DNA of 64,000 nucleotides from Nitrospiraceae bacterium (GCA_052389595.1 JBQTHT010000009.1:207-64206); one strand, 5' to 3'; counted from the stretch's first letter, positions 35,010 through 46,175 are shown. The notes: generated by a model not told the origin, from the sequence alone. Program-made: numbers and translations.

Positions 35010-35756
35010 ATGGCGTATAATCACACGCCTATGTCGCAGGACCTGACCATCCAAGAAGTACGCGCTCGTTTGGTCAAGGCCCGTTCAGTCACGGTACTGA
35101 CCGGCGCCGGCATCTCGGCGGACAGCGGAGTTCCCACATTCCGTGGGAAGGAGGGGCTTTGGCGAAACTTTCGAGCCGAGGAGCTTGCGACACCTGCGGC
35201 TTTTGCCAACAATCCCCGCTTGGTGTGGGAATGGTATAACTGGCGGCGCGAACTCATCGCGACCAAGCAACCCAATCCCGCGCACTATGCTCTCGTTGAG
35301 ATGGAGCGGCGCTACGAGCGATTCTGGCTGGTGACACAGAATGTCGATGGGCTCCATGTAACCGCGGGCTCGCGAAAGTTGTCGGAAATCCACGGCAACA
35401 TTTGGACGGTCCGCTGCACACAATGTGGCACCCTCGAAGCCAATCGTGACCTGCCGATTGCTATCCTTCCTTCCTGCGCCATTTGTCGAAGCGTCCTGCG
35501 ACCTCACATCGTGTGGTTTGGCGAATCGTTGGCGGTGGAAGATTTGCGCAATAGCGACGCCGCGCTGCGAACGTGCGATGTCCTGCTCATCATCGGCACT
35601 TCGGGCATTGTCTATCCTGCCGCAGGATTTGCCGCTGTAGCGAAAGAGGCCGGCGCCTATGTCGTCGAGATCAATCTTGACTCCACCCCCGCCTCCTCCA
35701 TCGCGGACGTCATTGTCCTGGGGCGCGCAAGCGAGATCGTGCCTCGCTTGCTATAG
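35010..35756 (+). CDS. cobB: NAD-dependent protein deacylase (Sir2 family)
   Basis: It has the GAGISADSGVPTFRG, QNVDGLH and CxxC...CxxC zinc motifs. Confidence 0.9.
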   Translation: MAYNHTPMSQDLTIQEVRARLVKARSVTVLTGAGISADSGVPTFRGKEGLWRNFRAEELATPAAFANNPRLVWEWYNWRRELIATKQPNPAHYALVEMERRYERFWLVTQNVDGLHVTAGSRKLSEIHGNIWTVRCTQCGTLEANRDLPIAILPSCAICRSVLRPHIVWFGESLAVEDLRNSDAALRTCDVLLIIGTSGIVYPAAGFAAVAKEAGAYVVEINLDSTPASSIADVIVLGRASEIVPRLL

Positions 35757-36470
35757 GGCGGCAAGCAGCGGCCGAAGCTCCTGAAGATTGTGAATGATGG
35801 GAATGGGCGGACGAGCCTTGTCTGATTCCCTTTCAATCAAGACCCCCGTCATCCCGGCATTACGCGCGCCTTCCACATCATCTTGCACACTATCTCCCAC
35901 ATGCACCGCTTCTTCCGGATCGACGGCATGTTTGCGCAACGCGACACGAAAAATTTCCGCCGCGGGTTTGGCCGCGTGAGCCAGGCTGGCAATCGTAATG
36001 GTGTCGAAGAAATCTCGGATGCCAAGGCTTCGCAGAACTTGAAACAGTCGCGAATCAAAATTCGAGACGATGCCTAGCTCCAATCCTTCTTCCTTCAGCT
36101 TCTTCAGCACTTCTACGGTCTCCGGATACAACGTCCAACATTGCGCCCCCTCGAAGGCTCCAAAGATTTCCTCGAAGAAATCGTCAAATCCGGCGAACAT
36201 CCCGACACGATAAAATACGTGATGCACAATATCGAACCACCACAGCCGTTCGCACTGCTTGATCTCTGCCGCTTCGGTCGCTGAAAACACCGGCGGAGGA
36301 GCTTCCCGAAACGCGCGAGCAAAGGCCGCACGAACGGCCACAAGCGAATCGTCCGTTCGCTTCACCCCATAGTTTTCGGCATAGCGCAGATAGATCTCTT
36401 CTACCGAACCTTTCACATGAAAGAGGGTGCCGGCTGCATCGAAAAAAATGACCTGAACTCGGCTTTTCAT
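35751..36470 (-). CDS. HAD-superfamily hydrolase, subfamily IA
   Basis: It has the FFDAAGTLF (DxxG) motif I, SN in motif II and VGDSVQDDVEGA in motif IV. Confidence 0.8.
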   Translation of the reverse strand: MKSRVQVIFFDAAGTLFHVKGSVEEIYLRYAENYGVKRTDDSLVAVRAAFARAFREAPPPVFSATEAAEIKQCERLWWFDIVHHVFYRVGMFAGFDDFFEEIFGAFEGAQCWTLYPETVEVLKKLKEEGLELGIVSNFDSRLFQVLRSLGIRDFFDTITIASLAHAAKPAAEIFRVALRKHAVDPEEAVHVGDSVQDDVEGARNAGMTGVLIERESDKARPPIPIIHNLQELRPLLAAL

Positions 36471-36531
36471 CGCGTCCGGATTCTAGTCAGCCGCTGAATG
36501 CGAAGTCAAAATGCCCAGTGTCGGCGTTTTC

Positions 36532-36560
36532 TTGACAAAGAATTAGGCCTCTGCTAGCTT
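36532..36560 (+). promoter_or_regulatory. possible sigma-70 promoter of the response-regulator gene
   Basis: A perfect TTGACA (36532-36537), a 17-nt spacer and TAGCTT. This is a by-eye match only. Confidence 0.3.
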
Positions 36561-36578
36561 CAATATACCTCAATATTA

Positions 36579-37844
36579 TTGGTGACTTACGTGTCATCAC
36601 GAATCTTCGTCATCGATAGCAGTCCTGCCGTGCGGCGAATGGTGGAACAACTTTCCACCTCGGAAGGCTACGAGGTGGTGGGATTCCAGGATGGCCCTGC
36701 CGCCCTTGAGGCCGCCAAGCGCCTCAGTCCTGAATTGATTATTGCCGACTATCATCTAGACAACATCACGTTCTCCGGCTTCTGCAAAGAACTCGGGAAA
36801 CTAGATAACCTCTCCGAGACATTGATCATCTCACTCATCAATCCCGCAGATCGACCAGACGAAAACCTTCTGCGTACGCTCGGCGTCAAAGCGTTTCTCA
36901 AAAAGCCTTTTCAGGCTGACCATCTTTGGGACGCCATTAAGAGCCTACAATCGAACGGAACGCAGGGAAACGGCAAAGGCACGTTGCATAAGCGCCGCAC
37001 ATGGCCACCGGCTAGTCATTCCACGGACTTGGATGAGTCCGAAGAGCGGGAGGGCTTTTACGAACCCGAATCGCTCCCCGAAACTGAAGATGAATCAGTG
37101 ACAGCGAGTCACGAGCGGATGTCTTCACCGTCGGTCGATTCCATCATTGAATCATCAGAGGAACCGCTTTTAGTTCCGGAACCGGTCACATCGGCATCCC
37201 CTTCCAATACCACCCCTACCGCTTCAAATGAGCCGGCTATAAACGCAGTTATCGATCGAACGTCTGCGAGCGGCGCAGTAGAAGCGACGAAAGGTTCGGT
37301 TGATGATCGCTCCACATTGCTGAAGGAACATTCAGAACGGCAGAGCGCCGAACCGTCGTCCGAGATGATGACTCAGGAAATCACCGTTCGGCTGAACCAA
37401 ATCGTCCGCTCTGAGGTGACCGAGCAAATGTCGGGCTCGCTCTTCTCCGACCAAATTGCCCATGTGGTAAGGGACATCGTGCGATCGGAACTTCCGAACC
37501 GCATCGACAAACACCTCACCGATATGGAACGAATGGTGCGAGAGATGGTGAAAGACCTTTGCAGGCCCTTGGTTCAGAGTACGACTGAGAATCTGGTTCG
37601 GGAGTTGGCAGCATCGACGATTCGCCGCCACTTGTCCGACGTCGTCCGTGAACATTTGGATTCGATCGATCCTCTTATCAAAGCGACCGTGGATGAATCG
37701 GCTGGCCGGCATGCCCGGCAGATCGCAGAGGAGGTTGTCAGAGGAGCCGCGCAGGAAAGTATCAATCGGGCGGTGCAGCAGATCGTGCCGGATATCGCTG
37801 AAGCTCGAGTCCGGGAAGAGATGAAGAAGCTGACTTCAGAGTGA
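36579..37844 (+). CDS. response-regulator receiver-domain protein with a long non-canonical C-terminal region
   Basis: The REC domain reads IFVIDSSPAVRRM...LIIADYHLDN...KPF. It is followed by an acidic/Ser-Pro-rich linker and a helical C-terminus of unknown family. The start codon is uncertain (TTG 36579 or GTG 36582/36591). Confidence 0.7.
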   Translation: MVTYVSSRIFVIDSSPAVRRMVEQLSTSEGYEVVGFQDGPAALEAAKRLSPELIIADYHLDNITFSGFCKELGKLDNLSETLIISLINPADRPDENLLRTLGVKAFLKKPFQADHLWDAIKSLQSNGTQGNGKGTLHKRRTWPPASHSTDLDESEEREGFYEPESLPETEDESVTASHERMSSPSVDSIIESSEEPLLVPEPVTSASPSNTTPTASNEPAINAVIDRTSASGAVEATKGSVDDRSTLLKEHSERQSAEPSSEMMTQEITVRLNQIVRSEVTEQMSGSLFSDQIAHVVRDIVRSELPNRIDKHLTDMERMVREMVKDLCRPLVQSTTENLVRELAASTIRRHLSDVVREHLDSIDPLIKATVDESAGRHARQIAEEVVRGAAQESINRAVQQIVPDIAEARVREEMKKLTSE

Positions 37845-38146
37845 CCGCTAAGCACATCTACTCGTTTAACCCTTCTTTCCTCGTTTACCCCGTCGCGCCT
37901 TCGCCAGACCTTTCATTCGCTTGACGTTCTTCCTGTGCTTCCTTCTCGTCTTTCTGTCCTTTTCTCGCCCTCTCGCCATGCGTGATCAATCCTTTCTCCA
38001 AATCATCGATGAGAGACTTGTGCCAGTGGCCGCGATGTATAACATAGTCCCGATATACCCACAAGACCAACCACTTCCCTGGGCATTGCCTTGTGGGGCA
38101 TAGGTCGGCATGCTAAGATCGTTTACCATCCGTATCTACCGACCGT

Positions 38147-40903
38147 ATGCCTACTCCACAGTTTGAAAAAATTTACGAATCGCGTCAGGTCGAAGAGCGC
38201 TGGTATCAGTTTTGGGTCACGAAACGTTACTTCCATGCATCCAGCACCGGTCCAGGACAGCCGTACTGCATGGTTATTCCCCCACCGAATGTCACAGGAT
38301 CGCTCCATGTCGGCCATGCGCTGACGTACTCCTTACAGGATGTGTTGATCCTCTGGCGGCGGATGCAAGGTCGCAATACCCTCTGGATGCCCGGCACCGA
38401 CCATGCCGGGATTGCCACCCAAAACGTCGTGGAACGCCACCTCCTCGCCGAGGGCACATCGCGTGAAGCCCTAGGCAGAGACAAATTTCTCGCTCGAGTC
38501 TGGGAGTGGAAAGCCAAGTCCGGCGACACCATCATTCAGCAATTGAAGCGACTCGGTGCATCCTGCGATTGGGACCGCCTCCGCTTCACAATGGATGAGG
38601 GCCTCTCGAAGGCGGTTCGTGAAGTGTTCGTACGACTGTATGACGATGGATTGATTTATCGCGGTGAACGGCTGATCAATTGGTGTCCGCGTTGCCTCAC
38701 GGCTCTGTCGGATATCGAAGTCGAGCACGAAGATATCACGGGGAAATTGTACACGATCCGCTATCCCCTAGCCCACGATGCCTCCCAGTATCTCTTGGTT
38801 GCCACGACAAGGCCGGAAACCATGCTGGGTGACACTGCCGTGGCGGTACACCCGGAGGACGATCGCTATCGCCATCTCATAGGGAAACGCGTCAAGGTTC
38901 CCTTAACCAATCGCGAGATCCCGATTGTCGGCGACTCGATCCTGGTGGATAGGGAGTTTGGCACCGGGGCAGTTAAGATTACGCCGGCTCACGACTTCAA
39001 CGACTTTGAGGCCGGCGAGCGGCATGGATTGATGCGCATACAGCTCATGGATATCCATGCAACCCTCTTCGAACCAAACCTTCTCAAATCCAAGACGGGC
39101 ATAGATGAGGGCGTGTCTCAAGCCATTGGAGGTTTGCCGCGCGAGAAGGCACGTCCTAAGATCGAACAATTCCTTTCAGAACGGGGATTACTGGAAAAGG
39201 TCGACGCTCATAAGATGGCTCTGGGTAAATGTTATCGCTGCAAGACAGTGGTTGAACCGTACCTATCCGACCAATGGTTTGTGAAAATCAAGCCATTGGC
39301 AGAACCGGCAATCGAGGCAGTCCGCGAAGGTCGCATCCGGTTCATTCCCGACACCTGGACCAACAACTACATGGGTTGGATGCGGGAGATCAGAGATTGG
39401 TGCATTTCTAGACAAATCTGGTGGGGCCACCAGATTCCAGCTTGGTATTGTGAACCCTGTTACGGCGCTCCATTCTTGAGAAGAACGTTCGATGGTGCGC
39501 CGCTCATCCCCTCCGACGCCGGACCCATCGTGGCAAAGCAGACGCCAACAGCCTGTCCACAGTGCGGCGCGACCGCGCTCGTTCGGGATCCTGATGTCCT
39601 CGATACCTGGTTTTCCTCGGGCATTTGGCCATTCTCCACCCTCGGATGGCCGGACCAGACGCCGGAACTTAAAACCTTCTACCCGACTTCGACATTAGTC
39701 ACCGGTTTGGACATCCTGTTTTTTTGGGTCGCACGCATGATCATGATGGGTCTGAAGTTCATGGGAGACGTGCCTTTCCGGGATGTCTACGTCCATGCGC
39801 TCGTGCGGGACGCCGAAGGCCAAAAGATGAGTAAGTCGAAAGGTAATGTCATCGATCCATTGAATGCCATGGAACAATACGGAACGGATGCCTTGCGATT
39901 TACCCTGGCGTCTATGGCCTCTCCTGGCCGCGACATCAAACTGGCCGAGGAACGAATCGAGGGGTATCGAAACTTTGCTAATAAGATTTGGAACGCGGCT
40001 CGTTTCATTCTCATGCATCTCGAGGGTCAACGGGGGAACATCCCGACGGTCGAGCGCTCCTTCGCTGATCAATGGATTCTAAGCCGGCTCAATGTCGCGA
40101 TCCGGACCGTGAATCACGAGCTTGAACAATACCGATTTGATCGGGCAGCGAGCGTGCTCTATCAATTTGTCTGGCGCGAATACTGCGACTGGTATCTGGA
40201 ATTGATCAAGCCGGTGTTCCAAGACACCTCCAGCATCGAGGCTCGGCAGACGAGGCACACCCTCCTGGAATCGTTCGAGACGACGCAACGACTGCTCCAT
40301 CCCTTCATGCCGTTCATTTCGGAAGAAATCTGGCAGACGTTGCCGCACGAGGGAGAAAGTATCGTCACGCAGGCTTACCCGGCCCCCAAGGCCGAGTGGG
40401 AATCGAAGGAGGCCGAGGCGTCGTTTTCCGTGCTGGAGCGGTGCGTCACCACCCTGCGAACGGCTCGCAGTTTACTCAATTATGCGCCCGGGGAAAAAGT
40501 CACCTTCTACACGACCGGTGACAGTGCACATGACGTGCACCGGCTCACAACCTTGAAAAACCATATTGCCAATCTAGGGCGAGGTATCGTCCACATTGTC
40601 TCGATCCAACAATGGCCTGACCATGTACTCAGGCTTGTGGCGGAAGGCATCACGGTCGGTTTGGTGGTGGAAGGCAATGTCGATATCCGAAAGGCCGTGG
40701 ACCGTATCGCTAAGGAAAGAACTGACGGCACGAAAGAAATCCAACGCCTCGAAGGCAAGCTGACCAGTCACGAGTTTGTATCTAAAGCGCCGTCTGAAGT
40801 CGTAACCGAACACCGAGAACGTCTTAAAGCGCTTCAGCGGGACCGATCTACCCTGGTCAGCAGCGAAGAGCAGCTCCTGAAAATGCTCGGTGGCGCACAA
40901 TGA
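38147..40903 (+). CDS. valS: valine--tRNA ligase
   Basis: It has the PPPNVTGSLHVGHAL (HIGH) and KMSKSKGN motifs, is 918 aa long and has the C-terminal coiled coil. Confidence 0.97.
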   Translation: MPTPQFEKIYESRQVEERWYQFWVTKRYFHASSTGPGQPYCMVIPPPNVTGSLHVGHALTYSLQDVLILWRRMQGRNTLWMPGTDHAGIATQNVVERHLLAEGTSREALGRDKFLARVWEWKAKSGDTIIQQLKRLGASCDWDRLRFTMDEGLSKAVREVFVRLYDDGLIYRGERLINWCPRCLTALSDIEVEHEDITGKLYTIRYPLAHDASQYLLVATTRPETMLGDTAVAVHPEDDRYRHLIGKRVKVPLTNREIPIVGDSILVDREFGTGAVKITPAHDFNDFEAGERHGLMRIQLMDIHATLFEPNLLKSKTGIDEGVSQAIGGLPREKARPKIEQFLSERGLLEKVDAHKMALGKCYRCKTVVEPYLSDQWFVKIKPLAEPAIEAVREGRIRFIPDTWTNNYMGWMREIRDWCISRQIWWGHQIPAWYCEPCYGAPFLRRTFDGAPLIPSDAGPIVAKQTPTACPQCGATALVRDPDVLDTWFSSGIWPFSTLGWPDQTPELKTFYPTSTLVTGLDILFFWVARMIMMGLKFMGDVPFRDVYVHALVRDAEGQKMSKSKGNVIDPLNAMEQYGTDALRFTLASMASPGRDIKLAEERIEGYRNFANKIWNAARFILMHLEGQRGNIPTVERSFADQWILSRLNVAIRTVNHELEQYRFDRAASVLYQFVWREYCDWYLELIKPVFQDTSSIEARQTRHTLLESFETTQRLLHPFMPFISEEIWQTLPHEGESIVTQAYPAPKAEWESKEAEASFSVLERCVTTLRTARSLLNYAPGEKVTFYTTGDSAHDVHRLTTLKNHIANLGRGIVHIVSIQQWPDHVLRLVAEGITVGLVVEGNVDIRKAVDRIAKERTDGTKEIQRLEGKLTSHEFVSKAPSEVVTEHRERLKALQRDRSTLVSSEEQLLKMLGGAQ

Positions 40904-41781
40904 GTACCGTGTCAACTTTTCACATCCGGGAGGTGGTTCGCACGGCGCTCCAGGAGGATCTCGCGTTAGGTGATGCCACCACTTCGGCGCTGTTTGCGCA
41001 CAATTGTCCGGCACGAGGCCGAATTGTTGCGCAACAAGATCTGGTTGCAGTCGGTATCGCCGTCGCCATACAGACCTTTTTGGAAATTGATTCCGCATTA
41101 CGTATCGTGCAAGCCGTGCAAGATGGAGCATCAGCGGCCAAAGGCAGCACAATCTTGACAGTGGAAGGCGACGGAAGATCGATTTTGACGGGAGAACGCA
41201 TCGCGTTGAACTTCTTACAACATTTGTCGGGCATCGCTTCATTGACCGCGAAATTCTGTCAGATGGCGCGTGGTTACCCGACGACCATCTTGGACACGAG
41301 GAAAACCACTCCCGGTTTACGCACCCTAGAAAAATGGGCGGTCGCCTTGGGTGGGGGGAAAAACCACCGCCGGTCGCTGGGCGACGGCCTTCTGATCAAG
41401 GACAATCATCTGACACTTATGCGCGGCCAGGGATTGGGCCTAGTGGAGGCCTGTCGATTGGCAAGGAATAGAGCTCCTCATGGTTTTCGCATCATTGTGG
41501 AAGTGGAATCAGTCGATCAAGTCGAGAAGGCGCTACAGGGTGGCGCAGACGTGATTCTGCTTGATAACATGGACTCGGCTTCCGTGCGTCGTGCGGTGGA
41601 GAGGATCAAAGGTCGGGCGCTGGTGGAAGTCTCCGGCGGCATCACGCTTCAGAACGTGCGGGAAATGGCAGCGGCAGGCGCTGATTTCATCTCCATTGGA
41701 GCCTTAACCCATTCCGCGCCCGCGGCCGATATCAGTCTGGATGTCGTGTCTCTCCGTCGCAAACTCCGGCAATCCAAATAA
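40900..41781 (+). CDS. nadC: nicotinate-nucleotide diphosphorylase (carboxylating)
   Basis: QPRTase pattern (ERIALNFLQHLSGIA, TRKTTPGLR, LLDNM). It overlaps valS by 4 nt. Confidence 0.92.
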   Translation: MSTVSTFHIREVVRTALQEDLALGDATTSALFAHNCPARGRIVAQQDLVAVGIAVAIQTFLEIDSALRIVQAVQDGASAAKGSTILTVEGDGRSILTGERIALNFLQHLSGIASLTAKFCQMARGYPTTILDTRKTTPGLRTLEKWAVALGGGKNHRRSLGDGLLIKDNHLTLMRGQGLGLVEACRLARNRAPHGFRIIVEVESVDQVEKALQGGADVILLDNMDSASVRRAVERIKGRALVEVSGGITLQNVREMAAAGADFISIGALTHSAPAADISLDVVSLRRKLRQSK

Positions 41782-41792
41782 GACATCCCTCC

Positions 41793-42629
41793 TTGAATAA
41801 TTCATCGCCTTTAACCGTTGATGCCATTCAGGCTTTGCTCCAGACACAATGCCTGGGACGCACCATACATCTTCTCGAACAAACTGAGTCGACCAACAGC
41901 ATGGCCTTCGAGTTGGCGGCCAGCGGCGTCCCCGATGGAACGGTTATTGTCGCGGAGGCCCAAACAGCCGGACGGGGACGTCGCGGGAGAGCATGGTTCT
42001 CACCGCCCGGGAAAAATCTCTATTGCTCCGTGATCCTTCGCAAACCTCTAGCCCGCGACCGATGGTCGACCTGGATTTCCTGGATTCCGCTCGTGTCCGC
42101 ATTGTCTGCAGCGGAAGCGATCCAGCAAGTCACATCGCTCAGCCCTTTCCTGAAATGGCCTAATGACCTTTTGTTGCATCAGAAGAAGGTCGGAGGAATC
42201 TTGTGCGAGAGCGCAACGCATCCACAAAAAGGACCATTCGTGGTCGTCGGCATTGGCGTCAATGTCAACACACGCGTGGAAGAGTTCTCTCAGAATCTCC
42301 GCGGAATCGCCACCTCTCTTCTTGAAGAGAGAAGCCGTCAAGTGGATCGCTGCGTTTTATTGGCGTCATTGCTCAACGAATTGGAAAGTCGGCTCACTAT
42401 CCTGCTCGAAGAAAACATAGGCTCTCTCAGCCAAGCCTACGCGCAGCGCTGTTTAACCCTTGGCCGACAAGTCCGGGTGACGCTCGCGCCGGGAGTCTCC
42501 ATCGAAGGGTTGGCCCACTCCATCGGGTCAGACGGTTCACTGAGAATTCTACCCGCCGCCGGGCTCTTCCCAACACAAGCTCAATCATTAGTGGAAGTAC
42601 GAGCCGGCGACGTCGTTCACCTGCACTGA
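41793..42629 (+). CDS. birA: biotin--[acetyl-CoA-carboxylase] ligase
   Basis: It has QTAGRGRRGRAWFSPPGKNLY and KWPNDL. There is no N-terminal HTH, so it is a group I enzyme. It uses a TTG start. Confidence 0.88.
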   Translation: MNNSSPLTVDAIQALLQTQCLGRTIHLLEQTESTNSMAFELAASGVPDGTVIVAEAQTAGRGRRGRAWFSPPGKNLYCSVILRKPLARDRWSTWISWIPLVSALSAAEAIQQVTSLSPFLKWPNDLLLHQKKVGGILCESATHPQKGPFVVVGIGVNVNTRVEEFSQNLRGIATSLLEERSRQVDRCVLLASLLNELESRLTILLEENIGSLSQAYAQRCLTLGRQVRVTLAPGVSIEGLAHSIGSDGSLRILPAAGLFPTQAQSLVEVRAGDVVHLH

Positions 42630-42666
42630 TAGCATTCTCATTCGACAATAGAGTAGAATTTTCGTC

Positions 42667-43443
42667 ATGTTGCTCGTCGTCGACATTGGAAACTCCAACA
42701 TCGTGTGGGGACTGTTCGATGGCCAGACCCTGAAGGGTCATTGGCGCATCGCTACCGACACAAAAAAGACGGCTGATGAATACGGCATTTTGTTTCAGAA
42801 TCTTCTTCACGGCGCCGGAATCAAGGCCGAGCCACTGTCCGGAGCGATTCTCTCCAGCGTAGTTCCAGCCCTGACCGCGACCTTTGAAACAATGACAGAA
42901 ACGTATTTCGGTCAAGTGGCATTGGTCGTCTCTTGTGAAATGATGAATACAGGGCTGACGTTTCGTTACGATCAACCAAGAGAAATCGGCGCAGATAGGA
43001 TTGTCAATGCCGTGGCGGCCTATGCTCGATACCGAACATCTCTCATCATTATCGATTTTGGGACAGCCACAACGTTCTGCGTCGTGACACAGGGGGGGGA
43101 ATATTTGGGCGGCGTCATCGCGCCCGGCCTGGGAATCTCCGCGGACGCCCTCTTCACACGGACCGCCAAATTGCCCAAAGTCGAACTGACGCGTCCCAAA
43201 ACCGTCATTGGGAGAGACACCGGGGCTAGCATTCAGGCTGGTCTCCTGTACGGGTATGCCGGGTTGGTGGATGAAATCGTCCATCGCATCGAACAGGAAC
43301 TGGGATACAAGACGCTGGTGGTCGCAACCGGAGGTCTCAGCAGCATCATCGCCCCTGAATCCAGAACGATCCAAGAACTCCGGCCCCTGCTCACTCTAGA
43401 GGGACTGGAACTGCTGTATCGTCGAAGTCGTGGTGAGATGTGA
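42667..43443 (+). CDS. coaX: type III pantothenate kinase
   Basis: It has MLLVVDIGNSN, GADR and DFGTATT motifs. The birA-coaX arrangement is the usual one. Confidence 0.92.
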   Translation: MLLVVDIGNSNIVWGLFDGQTLKGHWRIATDTKKTADEYGILFQNLLHGAGIKAEPLSGAILSSVVPALTATFETMTETYFGQVALVVSCEMMNTGLTFRYDQPREIGADRIVNAVAAYARYRTSLIIIDFGTATTFCVVTQGGEYLGGVIAPGLGISADALFTRTAKLPKVELTRPKTVIGRDTGASIQAGLLYGYAGLVDEIVHRIEQELGYKTLVVATGGLSSIIAPESRTIQELRPLLTLEGLELLYRRSRGEM

Positions 43444-43558
43444 TCGTGCCATAAGCCAGGTGCTCTTCCCTGCGTCCTCTGCCTCTTTTCTTTCAGAAGA
43501 AACAAATCTATTGCCCCCAGTTGACTTTAGAAGTGGCGGTGGCTATCTGAGCAGTCAG

Positions 43559-44140
43559 ATGAGTATGCCAATGAGTCATGACGAACAAAATTCAAATATA
43601 ATTGAAGACTTAGATGCTAAGTCTCAAGAAGCGGATGGTGGTCAGACAGAGGAAGTCGGATCAGTTGCAGAGCTTCAACAGGCCTTGATAACGAAAACGG
43701 ACGAATGTAAAGCCTTAACCGATAAGTATCTCCGGCAAGCGGCCGACTTCGAGAATTATAAACGGCTCACGCAGCGAGAACAACGTGATCAGATTCGCTT
43801 CGGCAACGAACAGATTGTGAAGGAATTGTTACCGGTTATCGATAATCTCGAACGCGCGATCCGGTCGGCTCGAGAAAATGGCGGCAATGAGGCGCTCGTC
43901 CAAGGTATAGACCTGACGCTCAAGCAGGCTCTTGAAGTATTGGCAAAATTCGGGGTTCGTCCAGTTGTAAGCGTGGGGCAGCCATTTGACCCCAGCTGTC
44001 ATCAAGCCGTCGCACAGGTTGCATCACCTATCGTCCCTGAACACACGGTTGTGGAAGAGTTTCAGAAAGGGTATCTGCTGCATGACCGGATTTTGAGAGC
44101 CGCGATGGTCAGCGTCTCGATCGGACCAACGAATTCGTAA
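43559..44140 (+). CDS. grpE: nucleotide exchange factor GrpE
   Basis: It has the AADFENYKR motif and a GrpE C-terminal beta domain. The ORF is open from 43430; ATG 43559 is preferred. Confidence 0.9.
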   Translation: MSMPMSHDEQNSNIIEDLDAKSQEADGGQTEEVGSVAELQQALITKTDECKALTDKYLRQAADFENYKRLTQREQRDQIRFGNEQIVKELLPVIDNLERAIRSARENGGNEALVQGIDLTLKQALEVLAKFGVRPVVSVGQPFDPSCHQAVAQVASPIVPEHTVVEEFQKGYLLHDRILRAAMVSVSIGPTNS

Positions 44141-44192
44141 AACGATACAGCGCCTCTGTATTTCTGTATTCTGGCGAGGAAGGAGTAGTCAC

Positions 44193-46115
44193 ATGGGAAA
44201 GGTCATAGGAATCGATTTAGGAACCACAAACTCGTGCGTGGCCATCATGAGCGGCGGAGACCCGGTCGTGATCGCCAACGCGGAGGGAAGCCGAACCACA
44301 CCCTCGGTCGTCGCGATCACAGACAAGGGCGAGCGGTTGGTCGGACAGATCGCCAAACGGCAAGCGATCACGAACCCTGAAAACACCATCTTCTCCATCA
44401 AACGGCTGATCGGCCGTAAGTTCAACAGCCGCCAGGTCCAAGAAGCCACAAAGCGGCTCCCGTATAAAGTCGTCGATGCCGATAACGGCGACGCCCATGT
44501 CGAAATTCGCGGGAAGCGGTATAGCCCCGCCGAAGTCTCCGCCATGATCCTGCAAAAAATGAAACAGACCGCTGAGGATTATCTCGGTGAAAAAGTGACG
44601 GAGGCCGTCATTACCGTACCGGCTTACTTCGATGACAGTCAGCGTCAGGCAACCAAGGACGCCGGACAGATCGCGGGCTTGAATGTCTTGCGCATCATCA
44701 ATGAGCCAACCGCCGCCTCTTTGGCCTATGGCCTCGACAAGAAGAAAGATGAACGTATCGCCGTCTACGACCTTGGCGGTGGCACGTTCGATATTTCCGT
44801 CCTCGAAATCGGGGACGGGGTATTCGAAGTCAAGTCCACGAATGGAGACACCTACCTCGGCGGCGACGACTTCGACCAGCGGATCATGGACTGGCTGGTT
44901 GAGGAATTTAAGAAGGATCAAGGCATAGACTTGCGGAAAGATCGCATGGCCTTGCAACGATTGAAGGAAGCGGCGGAACGGGCGAAGATTGAGCTCTCCT
45001 CGTCTCAAGAGAGTGAAATCAATCTTCCCTTCATCACCGCCGATGCGAGCGGCCCCAAGCACCTGGTGACCAAGCTGACCCGAGCCAAGCTGGAACAACT
45101 CGTCGATGACTTGGTTCAACGCACGATGGAGCCTTGCAAGAAGGCCCTCGCCGACGCGGGTGTGACCGCCAAGGACATCAACGAAGTCGTCCTGGTGGGC
45201 GGAATGACCCGCATGCCTAAAGTGCTGGAGAAAGTCCGCGAGTTCTTCGGGAAGGAGCCTCACAAAGGTGTGAACCCCGACGAGGTCGTGGCAATCGGCG
45301 CCGGTATTCAAGGCGGCGTTCTCAAGGGCGAGGTCAAAGACGTGCTGCTGTTGGACGTCACGCCGCTCACGCTCGGGATCGAGACTCTCGGTGGAATTTT
45401 TACTCATCTCATCGAGCGCAATACGACCATCCCGACGAAAAAGAGTCAGGTTTTCTCGACGGCGGCCGACAACCAAAGCGCAGTGACGATCCGGGTCTTT
45501 CAAGGCGAACGAGAAATGGCCAACGACAATAAACTGCTCGGCCAGTTCGATCTCGTCGGTATTCCTCCCGCCCCTCGAGGGATGCCCCAGGTCGAGGTCA
45601 CGTTCGACATTGATGCCAACGGCATCGTGCACGTGTCGGCGAAGGACCTCGGCACGCAGAAAGAGCAATCGATCAAGATCACAGCGTCAAGCGGTCTCAG
45701 CAAGGAGGAGATCGATAAGTTAGTCAGGGATGCGCAGTCTCACACGGAAGACGACAAGAAACGGCGCAAGGTGGCGGAGGCTCGGAATCAGGCCGATAAT
45801 CTGATCTACAGCACGGAAAAGAATCTGACCGAGCACGGCGACAAGATCGGCGAGGAGGACAAAACAAAGATTAAAGAAGCGATCGACGCCCTTCGTAAAG
45901 CGATGGAGGGGAGCGAAGAATCAGCTATCGAGTCGGCCACCCAAGCGCTCACGACCGCCTCGCACAAACTGGCGGAGGAGATGTATAAGAAAGCATCGGC
46001 GTCCGCAAGCCCCGGCGCCGACAGCGCGGCCGGCGGGAACGGCGGTGGTCAAACCAAGACCGAGGACAAGGTCGTCGATGCAGAATTCGAAGAAGTGGAC
46101 AAAGAGAAAAAGTAA
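44193..46115 (+). CDS. dnaK: molecular chaperone DnaK
   Basis: It has GIDLGTTNS and DLGGGTFD motifs, is 640 aa long and has the EEVD-like acidic tail. Confidence 0.98.
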   Translation: MGKVIGIDLGTTNSCVAIMSGGDPVVIANAEGSRTTPSVVAITDKGERLVGQIAKRQAITNPENTIFSIKRLIGRKFNSRQVQEATKRLPYKVVDADNGDAHVEIRGKRYSPAEVSAMILQKMKQTAEDYLGEKVTEAVITVPAYFDDSQRQATKDAGQIAGLNVLRIINEPTAASLAYGLDKKKDERIAVYDLGGGTFDISVLEIGDGVFEVKSTNGDTYLGGDDFDQRIMDWLVEEFKKDQGIDLRKDRMALQRLKEAAERAKIELSSSQESEINLPFITADASGPKHLVTKLTRAKLEQLVDDLVQRTMEPCKKALADAGVTAKDINEVVLVGGMTRMPKVLEKVREFFGKEPHKGVNPDEVVAIGAGIQGGVLKGEVKDVLLLDVTPLTLGIETLGGIFTHLIERNTTIPTKKSQVFSTAADNQSAVTIRVFQGEREMANDNKLLGQFDLVGIPPAPRGMPQVEVTFDIDANGIVHVSAKDLGTQKEQSIKITASSGLSKEEIDKLVRDAQSHTEDDKKRRKVAEARNQADNLIYSTEKNLTEHGDKIGEEDKTKIKEAIDALRKAMEGSEESAIESATQALTTASHKLAEEMYKKASASASPGADSAAGGNGGGQTKTEDKVVDAEFEEVDKEKK

Positions 46116-46135
46116 GCTACAATACGCCGCATAAC

Positions 46136-46175
46136 AGACCGAGCCTCATGCCTGTGGGGCTCGGTCTTCTTTGTG
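46136..46175 (+). terminator. hairpin plus T-rich tract between dnaK and dnaJ
   Basis: A perfect 10-bp stem AGACCGAGCC/GGCTCGGTCT (46136-46145 and 46158-46167) is followed by TCTTTGTG. Confidence 0.55.

Noticed and set aside
37885-38103. Small ORFs between the response-regulator gene and valS (37885-38070 on the - strand, 37921-38103 on the + strand).
   Set aside because: The two overlap each other on opposite strands. Both use weak or alternative starts, have no RBS and match no recognisable family. I cannot tell whether either is real.
43440-44192. CIRCE (HrcA) operator or a sigma-32 promoter in front of grpE/dnaK.
   Set aside because: I found no TTAGCACTC-N9-GAGTGCTAA-like inverted repeat. 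TTGACT-N16-CTATCT at 43521-43548 is only a weak sigma-70-like match, so I did not report it as a feature.
44217-45668. 483-aa ORF antisense to dnaK. Similar long antisense ORFs occur at 46117-46968 (dnaJ), 61282-62151 (recA), 42427-43374 (coaX), 49281-50657 and 49990-50652 (IPT/TIG gene), 40574-41242, and many inside the NRPS.
   Set aside because: These are shadow ORFs, typical of GC-rich DNA opposite a strongly supported gene. Their translations are Arg/Gly/Pro-rich and low-complexity, with no recognisable family.
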